NCBI GenBank assembly: GCA_964016885.1
Contig: OZ024752.1
Coordinates: forward strand, 29,202,001 to 29,266,000
Reading direction: 5' to 3'
DNA length: 64,000 nucleotides
Source of the DNA: Eledone cirrhosa
Lineage: Eukaryota
Shown here: positions 24,402 to 38,324 of the stretch, in pieces
Position numbering within the stretch: position 1 is the first letter of the stretch
How the letters are laid out: each line of letters opens with the position of its first letter
The notes under the pieces: generated by a model
Told to the model about the DNA's origin: nothing
Database searches by the model: none
What the model saw: only the letters and a program-made list of their open reading frames with translations
Translations under genes and position numbers: made by a program

Positions 24402-25125
24402 TGTGCCCCCTCCATACACATACACACATGTATACCATGACTCATACACTATTCACTTCCCTGACATTTGTGTATTAGTCTATGTACTATACATACACCT
24501 TTGACGAGTTGTGCACCTGAGCACTGTACACAATATTTCATTATTATTATTATAGTAGTGGAGTAGATTCAAACTATATATTCACACACAACAACCCATT
24601 CTGACGTGAAAAAAATGGATGTTAAATGGTGGCGGTGATGATGATGATACCTTCAGCCATTTCTGGCTTAGATGCATCTCCCCCTTGAAGGTTTCTTTTA
24701 ATGTCCTTCTATTCTGGGTGTTACTTTTGAGCACAGTTCTTATTTATGTGTCACCAACACAACCCCTTTGCAGTGTGCACTGGGCATTTTTTGTCTTAAA
24801 GGTACTTATTCGTATTTAGATTATGTTTTAGTTTGTGGTTAAACAAAATTGGAACATGATACCAACTTTTTGAATTACCTTAAAACTGCCAATCTAATCT
24901 TAAACAAAAAATAAATTTAAATTCATTCTAATATCAATTAACTTCTTAATCTATCTAAGGTAGTAGTAACATTACTTTTAGTTTACTAGTTCTTTTAAAT
25001 AATAATAATAATTGTTTCTACTTTCGGCACAAGGCCAGCAATTACCCAGTGCATTACTGGTACTTTATTTTATCGACCCCGTAAGGGTGAAAGGCAAAGT
25101 TAATCTGGGCGAAATTTGAACTCAG

Positions 25126-25365
25126 AATAATGAAAATGATTGTGTACAGTGCTCAGGTGCACTACAACTCATCAAAGGTGCATGTATAGTACATAGAATA
25201 ATGTACAAATGTCAGGAAAATGAACAGTGTATGAGTCATGATATACACACAGATACATGTGTGTATGGAGGGAGGAATATCAGGTGTAGTGTTAGTGAAT
25301 TTGGGGAGGCATGGTGGTTTTGAAGGATACAATGTCTCAACAGCTAACAACCAATGCATGTAGTT
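25126..25365 (-). mobile_element. CR1 3'-end fragment
   Basis: Reverse-complement match to 24320-24550. Confidence 0.75.
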
Positions 25366-26438
25366 CTATAATTAAAACTCTTCTTTTTAAAGCATTGAAA
25401 CTTTCTCAGTTGGTTGACTGAGAACTAGATCACTTGTGTATAAGAATTATATCAAATCAGTTGGTCCTGAAATCATTTGGGCTTCTAAATTAAGGTACAA
25501 GGCCAGCAATTTTGGGGGAAGGGAAATCGATTAAATCAACCCCAATGCATTACTGGTGCTTTATTTTGTTGACCCCGTAAGGATGAAAGGCAAAGCTAAC
25601 CTATAATATTATGTCATCATCATCATCATCATCATCATCATTTAACATCTATTTTCTATGCTTCCATGAGTTAGACGGGAAGTCACAAACTTAGTTTAGA
25701 CAGATCAGATGACTACGTCTTGCTAGTATGCTATGTTTTTGACTTGCTTTCTATTGCTAGATGCCCATCATATCATGAGTCATATTATAGTGTATAATAG
25801 AAGCATTTTATTGTGCCTCTGGCACTACAACCTTATAGTGGACTGAGTGCTTTTTGTTGTGGCACCAGCACTGCCATATAGTGCAGACTAGGTGTTTTTC
25901 ATCAGACATTACAACTTTACAGAGTGAGCTGGGTGTGTTTTATCATGTCACCTGCACTACATTATACACACACGTGTGTTTATGTAATCGCTGAGACTCA
26001 CAGAGGAGATCACAAAGAAATGTGAGTAGAGAGATGCTGTACTAAGAAGGATCTGTCCAACTCAGGCAAACATGGAACATTGACATAAAAATGATGATGA
26101 TGATATATCATAAATAAATGTTTTAGACACATAGAGTTCAGTGGATAAAACCCACAGTTCATTGTGTTGTTCTTTTCCATTTTTGAACTTGTTTTTTTTT
26201 ACCCTTTCGCATTTAAACCGGCCATATCCGGCCAGAATTCTCTCACCTCTTTCTGTTCAAACCAGCTGTAACCAGCCACTCATACTGATGTTAAGGTATT
26301 GTTCTCAAAATAAATAATATCAAAGTCTCATAGATTCGATATTTTGTGAAGTAAAGCCTTTACTGTGAAAATATAATAGTAAATATAGAGTAATGTAAAT
26401 TCTAAAGGATTAATTGATGTTTCTTTTCTTTATTGCAG

Positions 26439-26577
26439 TCTGAAGAAAGATGTGATAAGTCGACCCAAATATGAAGTACTTCTGGAACATATGTTTTTAA
26501 AAAAAGCTAAAACAGATGTCTTTGACATGATTGCATACATATCACCAATTATTGAAAAGTATCAATTGGGGTCATAG
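26439..26577 (+). CDS. MAP2K6: MKK3/6-like MAP2K last coding exon
   Basis: ttgcAG|(C)LKKDVISRPKYEVLLEHMFLKKAKTDVFDMIAYISPIIEKYQLGS*; phase matches the previous exon. Confidence 0.9.
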
Positions 26578-29500
26578 CATACATTTTTAAAGATTATTGT
26601 CAAAGTATTATCTTGGTTGTCAAATGCAAAGTAGAAATGTCCCACTTGAACACTATATCCAACTTTGCTTTGACCTCTTCCATCTTAAATAACTTGAGTT
26701 GTTATTTACATGATTAGGAGTAACACCAACACATACAGATGCTAAGAGTTTTGCTGTTTTCTCTCTGGTCATACTCTTAACCTTTTTTATTACCCCCCAC
26801 ACACCCACGTAAAAAATAACAGACTCTGGTTCTATGAAACAAAGCCGACCATTTTAAAGAGATCCTATTTAAATTAAAATCTTCCAGCATAACTTTATAT
26901 AAGAACTATATGTTAAGTTACTGTTTTAGTAATGAAGTATTTAATGATTTTAAAAAATTTCTCAAAATTCTTCATTAATTAATTGATAGAGTGAATTTCA
27001 CTAGAAATATTGTCATGAAATCACCACGTTTTTTACGATTTACTATTACTAATATTCTGTTAAAATAAGTATTTGATTGCACAGTATAAATGCTGGCTCC
27101 TGTTGTGATATCTTTCAGCCTCTACAACCTATTTTCCTATCATGGCAGTTCTTCTTATCTTTCAGTCATAACAGACTATTTGTTAACCTATGTTGGTAGA
27201 AGGAGCACATTTCTCACTAGGGATAGTATACATTATGTTAATAATTATTTGTCTATCTCTTTATACTGACTTTCAAGTCCTTAAAAGCGTACCAGTCTAG
27301 TACTGGAGTTGATTCTTCCTCTATATTGTTTCTCACTGTCTTTCTCCTACTCTCCCTCTCTCTATTCTTCTCTGGAAGAAATCTGCTGTTTCCACACTTG
27401 GAGAGGGATGGGTCTGCCATGTTTAAAAATGCCTTAGAAACATTGTATGTCAATACAGTGCCCCTCCAACTCTCTGAGCAGTTGTAGGTCCATACATACA
27501 TTAGTGTATATGCTTTGATATATGGTAACTAGGATTACAATACCATACCTAGTACCTTAATTTTGATCTTGACTAAGTAATTGCTACTAATAAATACACT
27601 AGCCTATAATGTATGCATATAATGCAAGAAGACTAAGAAACAGTTATCCCACTTGCCATGAATCATTCTTACAGTCTATATATTGCCTCTTTGGAGCTTG
27701 CCACACCCATTCAAGCATTCTTCCTTTCCACTTTCTCCTCCTTTCCTTGCCACTCATATCGTGTACTTCACAATGCCCCTCACAAACCATTATGCACAGT
27801 TCTTCCTTCCTAGAATGCCTATCCTCTGGATTTCCCTCCTAGTAGGTTGTTTTTTTTCCCTGCAGCTGTTGATTTACAACTGTTCAAGAGGAATATTAAT
27901 GGCATTGATCTCATTGTTCTTGGAGAGCCTGCAAATGTAAATGCTAAGGACGCAGCCCATTCCCAGAAGACAAAACCAATAAATGACTGGAACATTTCCA
28001 AAAACTTCAGCCTCAATCTCATCAGACTGCATTTTTCATTATGGCCATTTCAAAACTTTGTTTTCTATGTGGCAATTGCTATATCTTTGCGTGTTCTTTT
28101 ATTCTTTTACTGGTTTTAATCTTCAGGCAGCAATTCAGCCTCAGAGAGTTTTTAGTCATCATCACCATTTAACATCCATTTTTCCACGCTAGCATGGGTT
28201 AGACGAGTTGTCTCGTTGTGAGACAAGTCAGATCAAATGACTATGTCTTGCGCATACAGAACTGTTTCTGGCTTGGTTGCTACGGCTGGATGCCCTTCCT
28301 GACCCCAACAACATTTACAGTGTGGACTGGGTGCTTTTTTTTTCATGACACCTACACGACCACTTTACAGTGGTAGTGGGTGGGGGCTGGGGTGGTGGAG
28401 TACATGGGGATTGGTGAGGTAGATCTAGGGCAGCGCATTTATCTAGAGAAGGGTGGTGTGTTAGGACATGGGAGATGCATTCATAATTATTGAGTTTTTT
28501 TATTTGATGGATGAGCTCACTTATTGAGTTACATCCCTTTAGAGAGTAAAAACCTACAAGGAATTTTCACTGGTAAATATTAACACCATCAAGGGAGCCT
28601 TTATATGGGTCTTTGACTGGCTTGAAATAGCAGCTAAATCTCATGTAAGTCACTCATTTTAAAACAGGGAGGAGATCTTGGTTAATATGTTTGTAGATGC
28701 CCCTAAAAAGTCAGGAATATCCCGGCTGGAACGTCTTTCATCATAAGGTTTACTTGATTGGGGCTAAACAACAACAACAATACAATACACATATTTGTTA
28801 TCCTAATAATACTTTTTGTAATAGTTCTCTGTTTTCCACTTTTTATCTTGCACTATATATATATATATATAAAAAAAACCCACAGTCCATGCTGTAAAGT
28901 GGTCGTGTAGGTAACACGGTAAAAAGCTCCCAGTCCACACTGTAAATGTGGTTGGTGTTAGGAAGGGCATCCAACCATAGAAAACCTGCCAGATAGTCCT
29001 ATACGAGCGAGACACGGTCACCTGACCAATCTTACCTCAAATGGGACAATTCCCGTCTAACCCATGCTAGTGTGGAAGATGGACGTTAAACGATGATGAT
29101 GATGATATATGACAAAATTCACAGAGGTTTCTATCTACCACATTCCACTCACAAAGTATTGGTCAACTTAAAAAATTAATTGAATAAAATCCTACAACAT
29201 TGTCCTTATGTGTCAGTACTGACATGAAGAACCTTTTTTGCCATCAAAAGCGAAAGTAAAACCCACTGAAAAAAAAATCTTCCATATCTTACTAAGCTTC
29301 CACATGTCTCAATACAGAAAATGCAAGTCTGTTTTAACCCATACAAATCCAGCATCTAGATATTCAATCATCTACAATCATTAGACAAACATTATTTCAA
29401 TACAATTTTTTACCACCTAAAAACATACACCTTATATAATGGCATATAAGACCCATTGTTTTAATAAAATAAAAAAAAAAAAATGTTTTATAAGTGAAGG

Positions 29501-30223
29501 TGAGCTATGTAAGTTAATAACATAAGCTATTGATTCACAATTACACAATTTCCTTAATATTTTCTGCCATCAAAAACAGTACATACTAAAATATTTAACC
29601 CTTTAGCATTTACATTACTCTATATTTACAATTGTACTTTTGTGGTAAAGGCTTTATCTCACATAATATCAAATCTATGAGATTTTGATATCATTTATTT
29701 TGAGAACAATACCTTAACATCAGTAAGAGCAGCCAGTTTGAACAAAAAGAGGCAAGAGAATTCTGGCTAGATATGGCTGGTTTAAATGCTAAATGGTTCA
29801 GGAATCAAAACTAATGCATACTGATTGGGTTTAGTTTGTCTTTTGTAATTCCCATCCAAACATCTGGACATTTGAAACTAAACTAGATGCTTAATATTTA
29901 ACACTACACAATACTCTACTAAATGTTCTGTAACTGTATAATTTGATTCCATATCAGTTAAAAACATGGCATATCAAGTGTGATCGATTTATAGATAGTT
30001 CCTGGATGTTTGATTGGTTAGCTTTGTAGTGAAAAATTGGTCAAATAGAACTAATTAAAATTAAGAACTACCGATATTCATAAATAAAACAACTTTTGCT
30101 GAGATTATGAAAGTAATAACTTTAATGTGTTTCACATATAAAATGCTATATTCTGTGATTTGTTTTGCTTCAGTATTATTATTTCATCTAAAGATTATGA
30201 AATTTAAAACTTTACTCTATATA

Positions 30224-31887
30224 AAATAATAATAATGAAATTATTGGGTAAAGTGCTCAGGTGCTCTACAACTTGTCAAAGGTGTATGTATAGTACATAG
30301 AATAATACACAAATGTCAGGGAAGTGAATAGTGTATGAGTCATGGTATACATGTGTGTATGTGTATGGAGGGGGAACATTAGCTGTAGTGTTGGCAGATC
30401 TCGGGAAGCATGGAGGCCTTAAAGGATGCAATGTCTCGACAGCTAACAACCGATGCAGGTAGTTTGTTCCATGTTTCAGCAACTCTGAGCGTGAAAAAAT
30501 GTTTCCGAAAGTCATGGGAACTGTGCTGTTTTCTGACTTTGTGGGCATGTCAACGTGTGTTAGACACATGGAAATCAAAAAGGTACTCAGGGTTGTTGTT
30601 GGCAAGATGGTTAATAATTTTGTGGGTGTTTACCAAGTCAGTTGCCAGGCGTCGGAGCTTCAATGTATCCATGCCCAGGGAAGCAAGGCGCTCAGAGTAT
30701 GGTAGATGCCTGATGGAGGGTATTCGCTTGGTTGCACGTCTCTGAACAGTTTCCAGGCGGTCAATGTTCTGAGCAAGATAGGGGTTCCAGACTGGTGATA
30801 CAAATTCTAAGTGTGGCAGCACCATAGCCATGTACAGCCTTAAATAGATATCTGGAGAGCGGCTGACAAAGGTCTTGCTGAGTGATGCTAAGACACCCTC
30901 GGCTCTCTTGACAATCTTAGAGACGTGCTTTGTCCAACGCAAATCGCTGCTGACCGTAATGCCCAGGTCACGTTCACAAGAAGACTTCTTGATATTAGTG
31001 CTGTGGAGGAAGTATGTGGATGCTGGGTTTTTACTCCCAAAATGCATGGTGGTGCACTTGTCCACAGCTAGCATGAGTAGCTAGTCAGTTGCATTGTGTC
31101 CAGGTCAACACTGCATGCAAGATCTATAGTGTTCAGGATCTGTCCTTTTTTATCTCAAGGTACAGCTTGATGTCATCTGCGTACTTTAGTACCGTGGCAT
31201 TCTTTAAGTTGGCATCTATGTCATTAATATATGCCACAAACAAAAGGGGGCCAAGAACAGATCCCTGTGGTACACCAGATGACATCTCATATGGTGAGGA
31301 ATGCTGTCCCAGAACCGTGACTACCTCTCTTCGACTGAGAATGAAGGACTTCAACCAGTTAAAAAGATCATCCTTCACACCCATTGCAGAGAGTTTTGCC
31401 ATAAGCCTTTTGTGTGGCACAGAATTGAAGGCTTTCACAAAGTCATGGTAAACAACATCCACCCATGAGCCACCATCAGTGATCCAGGTGATGTCCTCAA
31501 GAAACTCTATAAGTTGATCACAGCAGCTGGAGTTGGGGATAAATCCAAATTGCGAGGGCCGGATAAGACTGTGAGAGCTCTAGAAGTTCCAAAGTGTTTC
31601 TGTGACACAGGATTCCATCAGTTTGGCGATGCAACTAGTAAGACTGACTGGACAATAGTTCACAGGTGATGTGCGGTCACCCTTTTTGAACAGAGGAATG
31701 ACACTGGCAGTTTTCCACTGTTCTGGAGTAGCACTGTTCAGACAGAATTGGAAGAAGCGTGATAACTGGTGCAGAAGGAAGTACCCACCACGTTTAAGAA
31801 GCAGGTACGTAACACCATCAAGACCAGGAGAGGCATGGTTGCGTTTATTTTTTAGGTGACGTCGCAGCATTGCAGGTGTAAATTCCA
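30224..31887 (-). mobile_element. 5'-truncated, decayed CR1 LINE
   Basis: RT fragments 31580-31888, 31133-31462 and 30550-31074 closely match the 22880-24552 copy; (ATT)n tail. Confidence 0.9.
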
Positions 31888-33126
31888 TGCTTTGCTCAAA
31901 AATTTTCCTAGTTTTGGTTGAATTTATGAGGGCATTTACCTTCAGCTCCCTAACAAGTATGTAGTACTATACTGACAGCAGTCCATCACATATCCATACC
32001 TTTATAATTCTATATTCCTTCATTACATTTTCTTTCTTACTGAATATTCATGCTATTTCATAAATATTCATGAAATACATAGATTTTTACAACTAATTCA
32101 GTATTTTCAGAGCTAAAAATACTTTAGATTCTCCAAATAAAAAACTGCATGAAAATGACTTTTGCAATAACCTTATCAAAATTAACAGAACATTCAGTGA
32201 CAACTTTTATAAAATAATACATACCTGTACTATTTCTTAATGGAATAAATTGAATATTTAGTTTATAATAATACAGTTAGCAGGTCAAAGGAGCTTAGTT
32301 GTACTATTAATGTTAATGGTACCATGAGAATGTACAGTAGACTTGCTAGGCAGGTTTTACAGTCACTGAAAATGCATGAGTATCAACATCTTCAAACAAA
32401 TATCTGTGTAGTGTGAGCCCCTGTTCTTTGTGTAAAAATTTGACCATAAAAAACTTGCACTATACTCAAGCATATATAACGACTTATTCTAATTTTTTTT
32501 TCATGAATAGAGGAATTATCCTCTATTCATGAAAAAAAAATTGGAATAAATCTAAGGAATTGGTTTATCAAATATTTTGGATAATTATTAGCCAACAATG
32601 AATTTGAAATCATTGTTAATTTGTTAAGTTGATTTTTTTTCTTCTTGCTTTGCTCAAAAATTTTCCTAGTTTTGGTTGAATTTATGAGGGCATTTACCTT
32701 CAGCTCCCTAACAAGTATGTAGTACTATACTGAACAATGGTCCTTGAGGGTACTCTCAACCTTTTTAAGCATGGTTTCTAGATGTATAATGCTGGAGTGA
32801 ATGAACAGACTAAGGAACAAATTATAATTGTTTCTACTTTTGGCACAAGGCCAGCAATTACCCAATACATTACTGGTTCTTTATTTTATCGACTAAGGAA
32901 TAAACTATAATGTGCAAGAAAGAAGATAGAGCTGGTACAGATATGTAATATGTATATTGGATATGACAGTTAAAGAAATATCAAATGATTCAAGCAAAGG
33001 AACTTGCAGCAGAGGTGGTGAGGTGTGATCTATGAATGTTGAATCTCTCCAAGGGCAGCCCTGGAACAACCATCAAGCAAAATATGCAAGTATTTAGGGC
33101 CTCAATTAAAGAGGGGTACCACAGAG

Positions 33127-33159
<33 letters not shown>

Positions 33160-33160
<1 letters not shown>

Positions 33161-34009
33161 AAGGACCCCACCGGTCACTAATGATCATGGTTTTGCACCT
33201 AGAAAATTTCCCTCTAAGGTACACTAAACTCTGCCAGTTGCAGACTGTGCATCAACATGAGATATTTTTCTCCACAAAGTTTAATCACCAGCAGCAGAGT
33301 TTAAAGAGCAAAGATCAAGTCCAGTTCATAAGTTGACATTATCAAGCCATCGTTTTGGCTGCCGGCCTCTGCTTCTCTTACCAGCCAACTTTCCTTCCAG
33401 GCATAACCTACTCACATCACGCACTGATCATTTTATATGACCGTATACTTTGAGCACTCTTGACTTGACAATTGATGTAATTGGTGTAAGTCTGGTAATG
33501 TTGAGCAGCTCACTGATACAGATACGGTCGCCGAGCCACTTGCCAGTCATAAGTCTCATGATGTGCTTCTGGAAGGTAGAGACTTCTGAAATGACCTTGT
33601 CATCCAATTAACACAGTCAAGACCATATAACACAACTGGTAGGATGTGAGTATCGAAGCTCTTAGCCTTCAAATGTTAGGAAACTCGTTTTGATGTTAGT
33701 AGTTCCTTGTTCTTGTTAAATCTTAGCTATGCAGACGATCTGTCCACGATGAGTTACTACCGAACTGATCTACAAGACTTTCTGAATGTACTGGCCAAAT
33801 ATTCACTAAAGGTTGGCTTACACATCAACATCTTCAAAACAAAATGTATGACAACTGATTAAAACAATGCCAATCTACAACCAGCAAATTGCTCAAGTTA
33901 CGGAGTTTGTATATCTCAGTCACAAACTATCATCAAACAACAATGGAATGGTTGCCGTGCAGTATCGCATTGCTCTAGGTTGGGCAGCTTTCAACAAGAA
34001 CAAGGCAAT
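33160..34009 (-). mobile_element. Decayed RTE-like LINE fragment with an inverted 5' segment
   Basis: Minus strand from 33720 down: FNKNKELL...LPVVLYG...YGHIK...LEGKLAGKRSRGRQPKRW; plus strand 33721-34009: LSYADDL...KTKCM...EFVYL...GWAAFNKNK. Confidence 0.7.
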
Positions 34010-34454
34010 ATGTATAGACATTTATAAAAAATAACCTAGGGCGTATATATTAAGCTCTTGCTTTATGAAATGTAATATGAACTATTTCAATTATTTTTCT
34101 GTGTTCTGACTTTAAATTCCGCAGGAATAAACTTCCTTTTCAAATATCAATATACCAAGTCAAAACGAAATACTTTATGTCCTATGTGGTTGCTTGACCT
34201 GGTAGAAATACCAGTTAAATCTCACTTTATTCCTATTAAATAAAGAAAGGAGATATTGGACAATGTAGTCCTTGACATACCTCTACAAAGAATGGTCATG
34301 ACTGGAATGCCTTTGATCATGCTTCTGAGTAACTTGGGGTAAGCAACAACAACCCAGTGTGTTTTCTTAGTTATCTGATATATTTTTGTAGAAGTGTTGA
34401 TCGTATTGCTAGGCACCTATCGATGAGCTACATCTACAATGTGGATTCTTGGAA

Positions 34455-34760
34455 ATTCCTTGCTAATGTGCTGAATGTAGGAAGCGTTGTCTTTAAATTT
34501 GTAGAGGGGAAAAATTCTGCAATTGGATTGTTCATTAAATGCTCTACATAGGAAAGACTAAAAACAGTCTTCGCCAACGTATGACCATCCATAGATCCCA
34601 AATTAAAATACGGGAATACAGAAAAATAGCACTGAGTGAACACATCTAATGAACAACCCAATTTCAGAATTCTTCCCCTCTACAAATTTAAAGACGCTTC
34701 CTACATCCAGCACATTAGCAAGGAATCACACTTTATCGCCAAATACAAACCCCTTCTAAA
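34455..34760 (+). mobile_element. Penelope-like element remnant (GIY-YIG C-terminal half) with 5' inverted duplication
   Basis: From 34545: YIGKTKNSLRQRMTIHRSQI...LSEHI, then FIAKYKPLLN; 34455-34541 is an imperfect inverted copy of 34643-34726. Confidence 0.6.
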
Positions 34761-37338
34761 TGCATTCACTTTGGACAGCTGGCACAAATTAACCCTTTGG
34801 CAATGTATCCTTTTCCAAGATTCTAGCAATTTTTGACAATTATATAATGCAGATCAAGCAACCACATAGAAACAGCCAAATTAGCTAGTTCTTGAGGATT
34901 TTCACAAAGATATTCTTTGTGGAATTGCTAGAAGCATTTGAATCAGGTCTCCGACGGTTTCAGCATGCCTTCTTTCCTCCCACCTATCGCAGTGACACTG
35001 CCATTTTCTTCCTAATTTAACATCAACTACAAAATAAAAATGTGTGTCAGTAAGTTGTTGTTTGGCCTACTAGAAAAGTAACTAAATCTCTTTTAAGTTA
35101 CACATTATTGTCTTGAAAAGAGAGAACACACTGGATATTGTAGTCCTAGATATACAATTCCAGAGAAGACAGAAGGGTTGTGGTTGGAACATCATTAATA
35201 ATAGGACCGCTGGATCAGGATTGACACAGAAATGAAACTGGAATAAAATTTGACAAGCTACTGTGTAATATGTCACCGGTGTAAAGATATTTTAAATATT
35301 AGTTTAAATGAAGGAGGTAAGTACATGAATGAACGATTTTATTAATTTCCTGGAAATATTAAACATTTTTCTGAGATATATTTTTCAGTATTGTATGATT
35401 AAATCGATAAAGAATCGTGAGTACTCTTTCAATATATAAGAGCGGTAAATTTAAAATTGTCGGAAAGTGGCAATTGTTGTTTGATGATAGTAAATAAAAG
35501 CAAGAGAAAAAATATATCAAAACAAATAGAGAAAATAGCTTAGAAAGTTTTATACGGTTAAATTCTTGTTTATTTAACTTAAATGTTAGAATTTCTGATT
35601 AATAAAAATTCTTTCAGATATATTTACTAAATGAATTTATGTTACGAATATGAAAACAATCGTAGAGAGGTTCCAGTGTTCCTCGCGATATCGTTATCTT
35701 TTGTTCTGGCAGTGGTTCGTATGTCAACCCCTTTCGCTTGCCTTTTGATGTATGTGGTCTAAGTATTACTTGCTTGTGTCTTTTTCTTTTTTTTTTTTAC
35801 TTTGTAGTATTATTTATACAATTGTGAATAAAATTAAAGTAATAATATATTCAATTTTTTAACGTCTAGTTCTACCTGTGCGCTGGCTTGCCTTAACAAC
35901 TATTAGAGGCAGGCTCCGTTACTCCTTGTAGTGTGTGACCCATTGACACACATTACTTAGTGTTGACTTAATGTTTTCTTTCGTTATTATTCTACATTTT
36001 CATGTGAAATATTTACGTAATTAATTAAGTAATAGAGATATATGCGTGTATGTGTTGAATTTTGACAGTTACGGCATTTGTGTTTGTAATTTCAAGCTAT
36101 CTATATTGTCAGGATATTTGTTTGGGAAAACGAGAACTTTGCTATTATGTAGTTTAATGTAGATCATTTATTTTGACATATTAAAATCATTTGTATTTAA
36201 TTTGTTAGTTCTGGAGTAGAATTAATCGTGAGGGCGACTTGATCTGGTGATTGGACTAATGCTTTGCATATGGCGAACAAACATTCGTGGCTGGTTTGTC
36301 TAGAACGATCTCCTTATCTCCATCATTCTTATAGTCAGAATATATTGCACATCATGTGGCGTAGAATATATTGCACATCATGTGGCACTTCAAATTAGAG
36401 ATTTCCTTCCTTTGACTGGAAAAGGGTTATCCTGTCTGGGCACTTGCCCTCATTACAGTCGAGGTTGGCAGGCTCCAGTTTTAAAGAAAAGTAACCAAAA
36501 TACTTTGTGGATTTACAGTAGCATTGAATATATGACATTTAGACGTCACTCTTATACACAGATACTCACCCCCATGCATATTTATTGTTTAACTACACAT
36601 CAAAAAGCACCCAGTACACATTGTAAATGTGGTTGGTGTTAGAAAGGGTATCCAGCTGTTGAAATCTAGCCAGAAACAGTCCTATATTGAGCAAGACACA
36701 GTCACCTGACCCAACTTGACTCTAATGGGACAAACCCATCTAACCCTTGCTAGCATGGAAAATAAATGTTAAATGATGATGATGATGATAATTGCATTTT
36801 CTACATAATACCATTTTAAGTTGTTTTGATATAAACATGCAAGATAAACAGGAATCCTGTTTATCTTGCATGTATATCGGAACCAAGGATTTACAATCAA
36901 CATGTACATTGTCTATATGGGAGAGATTTATTGCTTATTTCTACCTAGCACATCATTAAATCAATTTATTACCAGTGGTAAGGGCATTGGACTTAGGATC
37001 ATAATATTGTGGGTTCAATTCCAGGGCTGCATTGTGTGTTGTGTTCTTCAGCAAACCATTTCATTTCACGTTGCTCCAGAATACTCAGCTGAAAACGAGT
37101 ACCAGCAGTAGCTGGGTGTTTAACCCTGCAATGGACTGGCGTCCTGTCCAGTAGGGAGTCATGTAGTCTCAGTCACTTCATGCCATGAAACTGGGATAAG
37201 TACCAGCCTAACGAGCCTTCTGGTTTAAGACAGACTTTACATAGATATATGGAAGCCAATTCAATCAATATATGATTTAATTCTAGTTTTAGCTTTTTTT
37301 ATCAAAATTTCCTTTTTATATATTAGCTATGTTGTTAA

Positions 37339-37552
37339 CCCTTTACCAACCTGGCCCAAACCATCTCTGGGTCTATGAAATAAAACCACCCACTTTAAAG
37401 GTTTCCAATTTAAATTAAAATCTTAGAACATAATTTTATATAAGAACCTTATATTAGTAATGAAATAATCAATAATTTTAGTAAATCCTTAAAAATTCTT
37501 CATTAATTGATTAAAATAGAGTTATTTCATTAGAAATGCAGTCAAGAAAGGG
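37339..37552. mobile_element. Second piggyBac-type MITE family
   Basis: TTAA-CCCTTT...AAAGGG-TTAA; internal sequence shared with 26781-27020. Confidence 0.6.
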
Positions 37553-37922
37553 TTAAGGAGTTTTGTTTGCAACCATGTTGTTCTGGGTTCAGTCTTGTTG
37601 CATAACCTTAAGTTAACCAAAGTCTTATGAGTGGAATTTGGTAAATGAACACTGCTGAAGCTTGTCATTCAATTTACTATTCTTTATCTTTTACAAAAGT
37701 TGTGCTTGTATGTTGTTTTTTTAATTAATATTAAGATTTTAAGTGCTTTATTTCTTACTATTTTTTAATTACAGATCTGAATGAAACAAAAAACATTTAT
37801 TTTTTCCTTCATGTAAGTTATTTGTATTTTATGTCAATGCTAAAGTACTGAAATAAAGTTTTTTCTGAAAAAATCTGCAAAGCAAGTAAACCAACAAAAC
37901 AATTCAAAACATTTAAAACAAA

Positions 37923-38324
37923 ATGGATTTTGATTTCAATATACCACTTAAGAATAGACTTTTAGGTTTATCTTCTCAATTTCCTCACCCTGTTGTGAAT
38001 CTAGACAGTGAGGATATAGATTCAGATGTTTATTCACATGTTAATATTGAAGGTGATGAACTTCCAGATGTAATTCAAGAAAATCGAGATTTTACATCTG
38101 GTGGTTTGGTCCAAAATGTTGTAGATCTAGATAAGAAATATGGTGATAGTGACAGTTCAGATTCATTACCTGGATTTAGTGAACCAATCAGCTCCAACAG
38201 TGACCAAAAGATGTCAGAATTACAAAAGAGATTCACTGCTTTAAATGCATCTCCACAAACAGAAGTCATAAAGAGGAGAAAATGCTCATCAGAGAAGACA
38301 TGCGTAAAAAATATCCAAAAGAAT
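37923..38324 (+). CDS. EME1: Crossover junction endonuclease EME1, first coding exon (acidic low-complexity N-terminus)
   Basis: ATG MDFDFNIPLKNRL...VKNIQKN|GTAAGT, 134 codons, phase 0 joins the next exon in frame; N-terminus poorly conserved, so assigned by context. Confidence 0.7.

Larger units (their letters stand above)
20350..24552 (+). mobile_element. Near full-length two-ORF CR1-clade LINE in the last MAP2K intron (sense orientation)
   Basis: ORF1 plus APE-RT ORF2 and a 3' (ATT)n tail at 24540-24552; 5' limit approximate. Confidence 0.88.

Noticed and set aside
35380-35720. Possible EME1 promoter / non-coding first exon
   Set aside because: Only slight CpG enrichment; no TSS or splice site can be fixed from sequence alone
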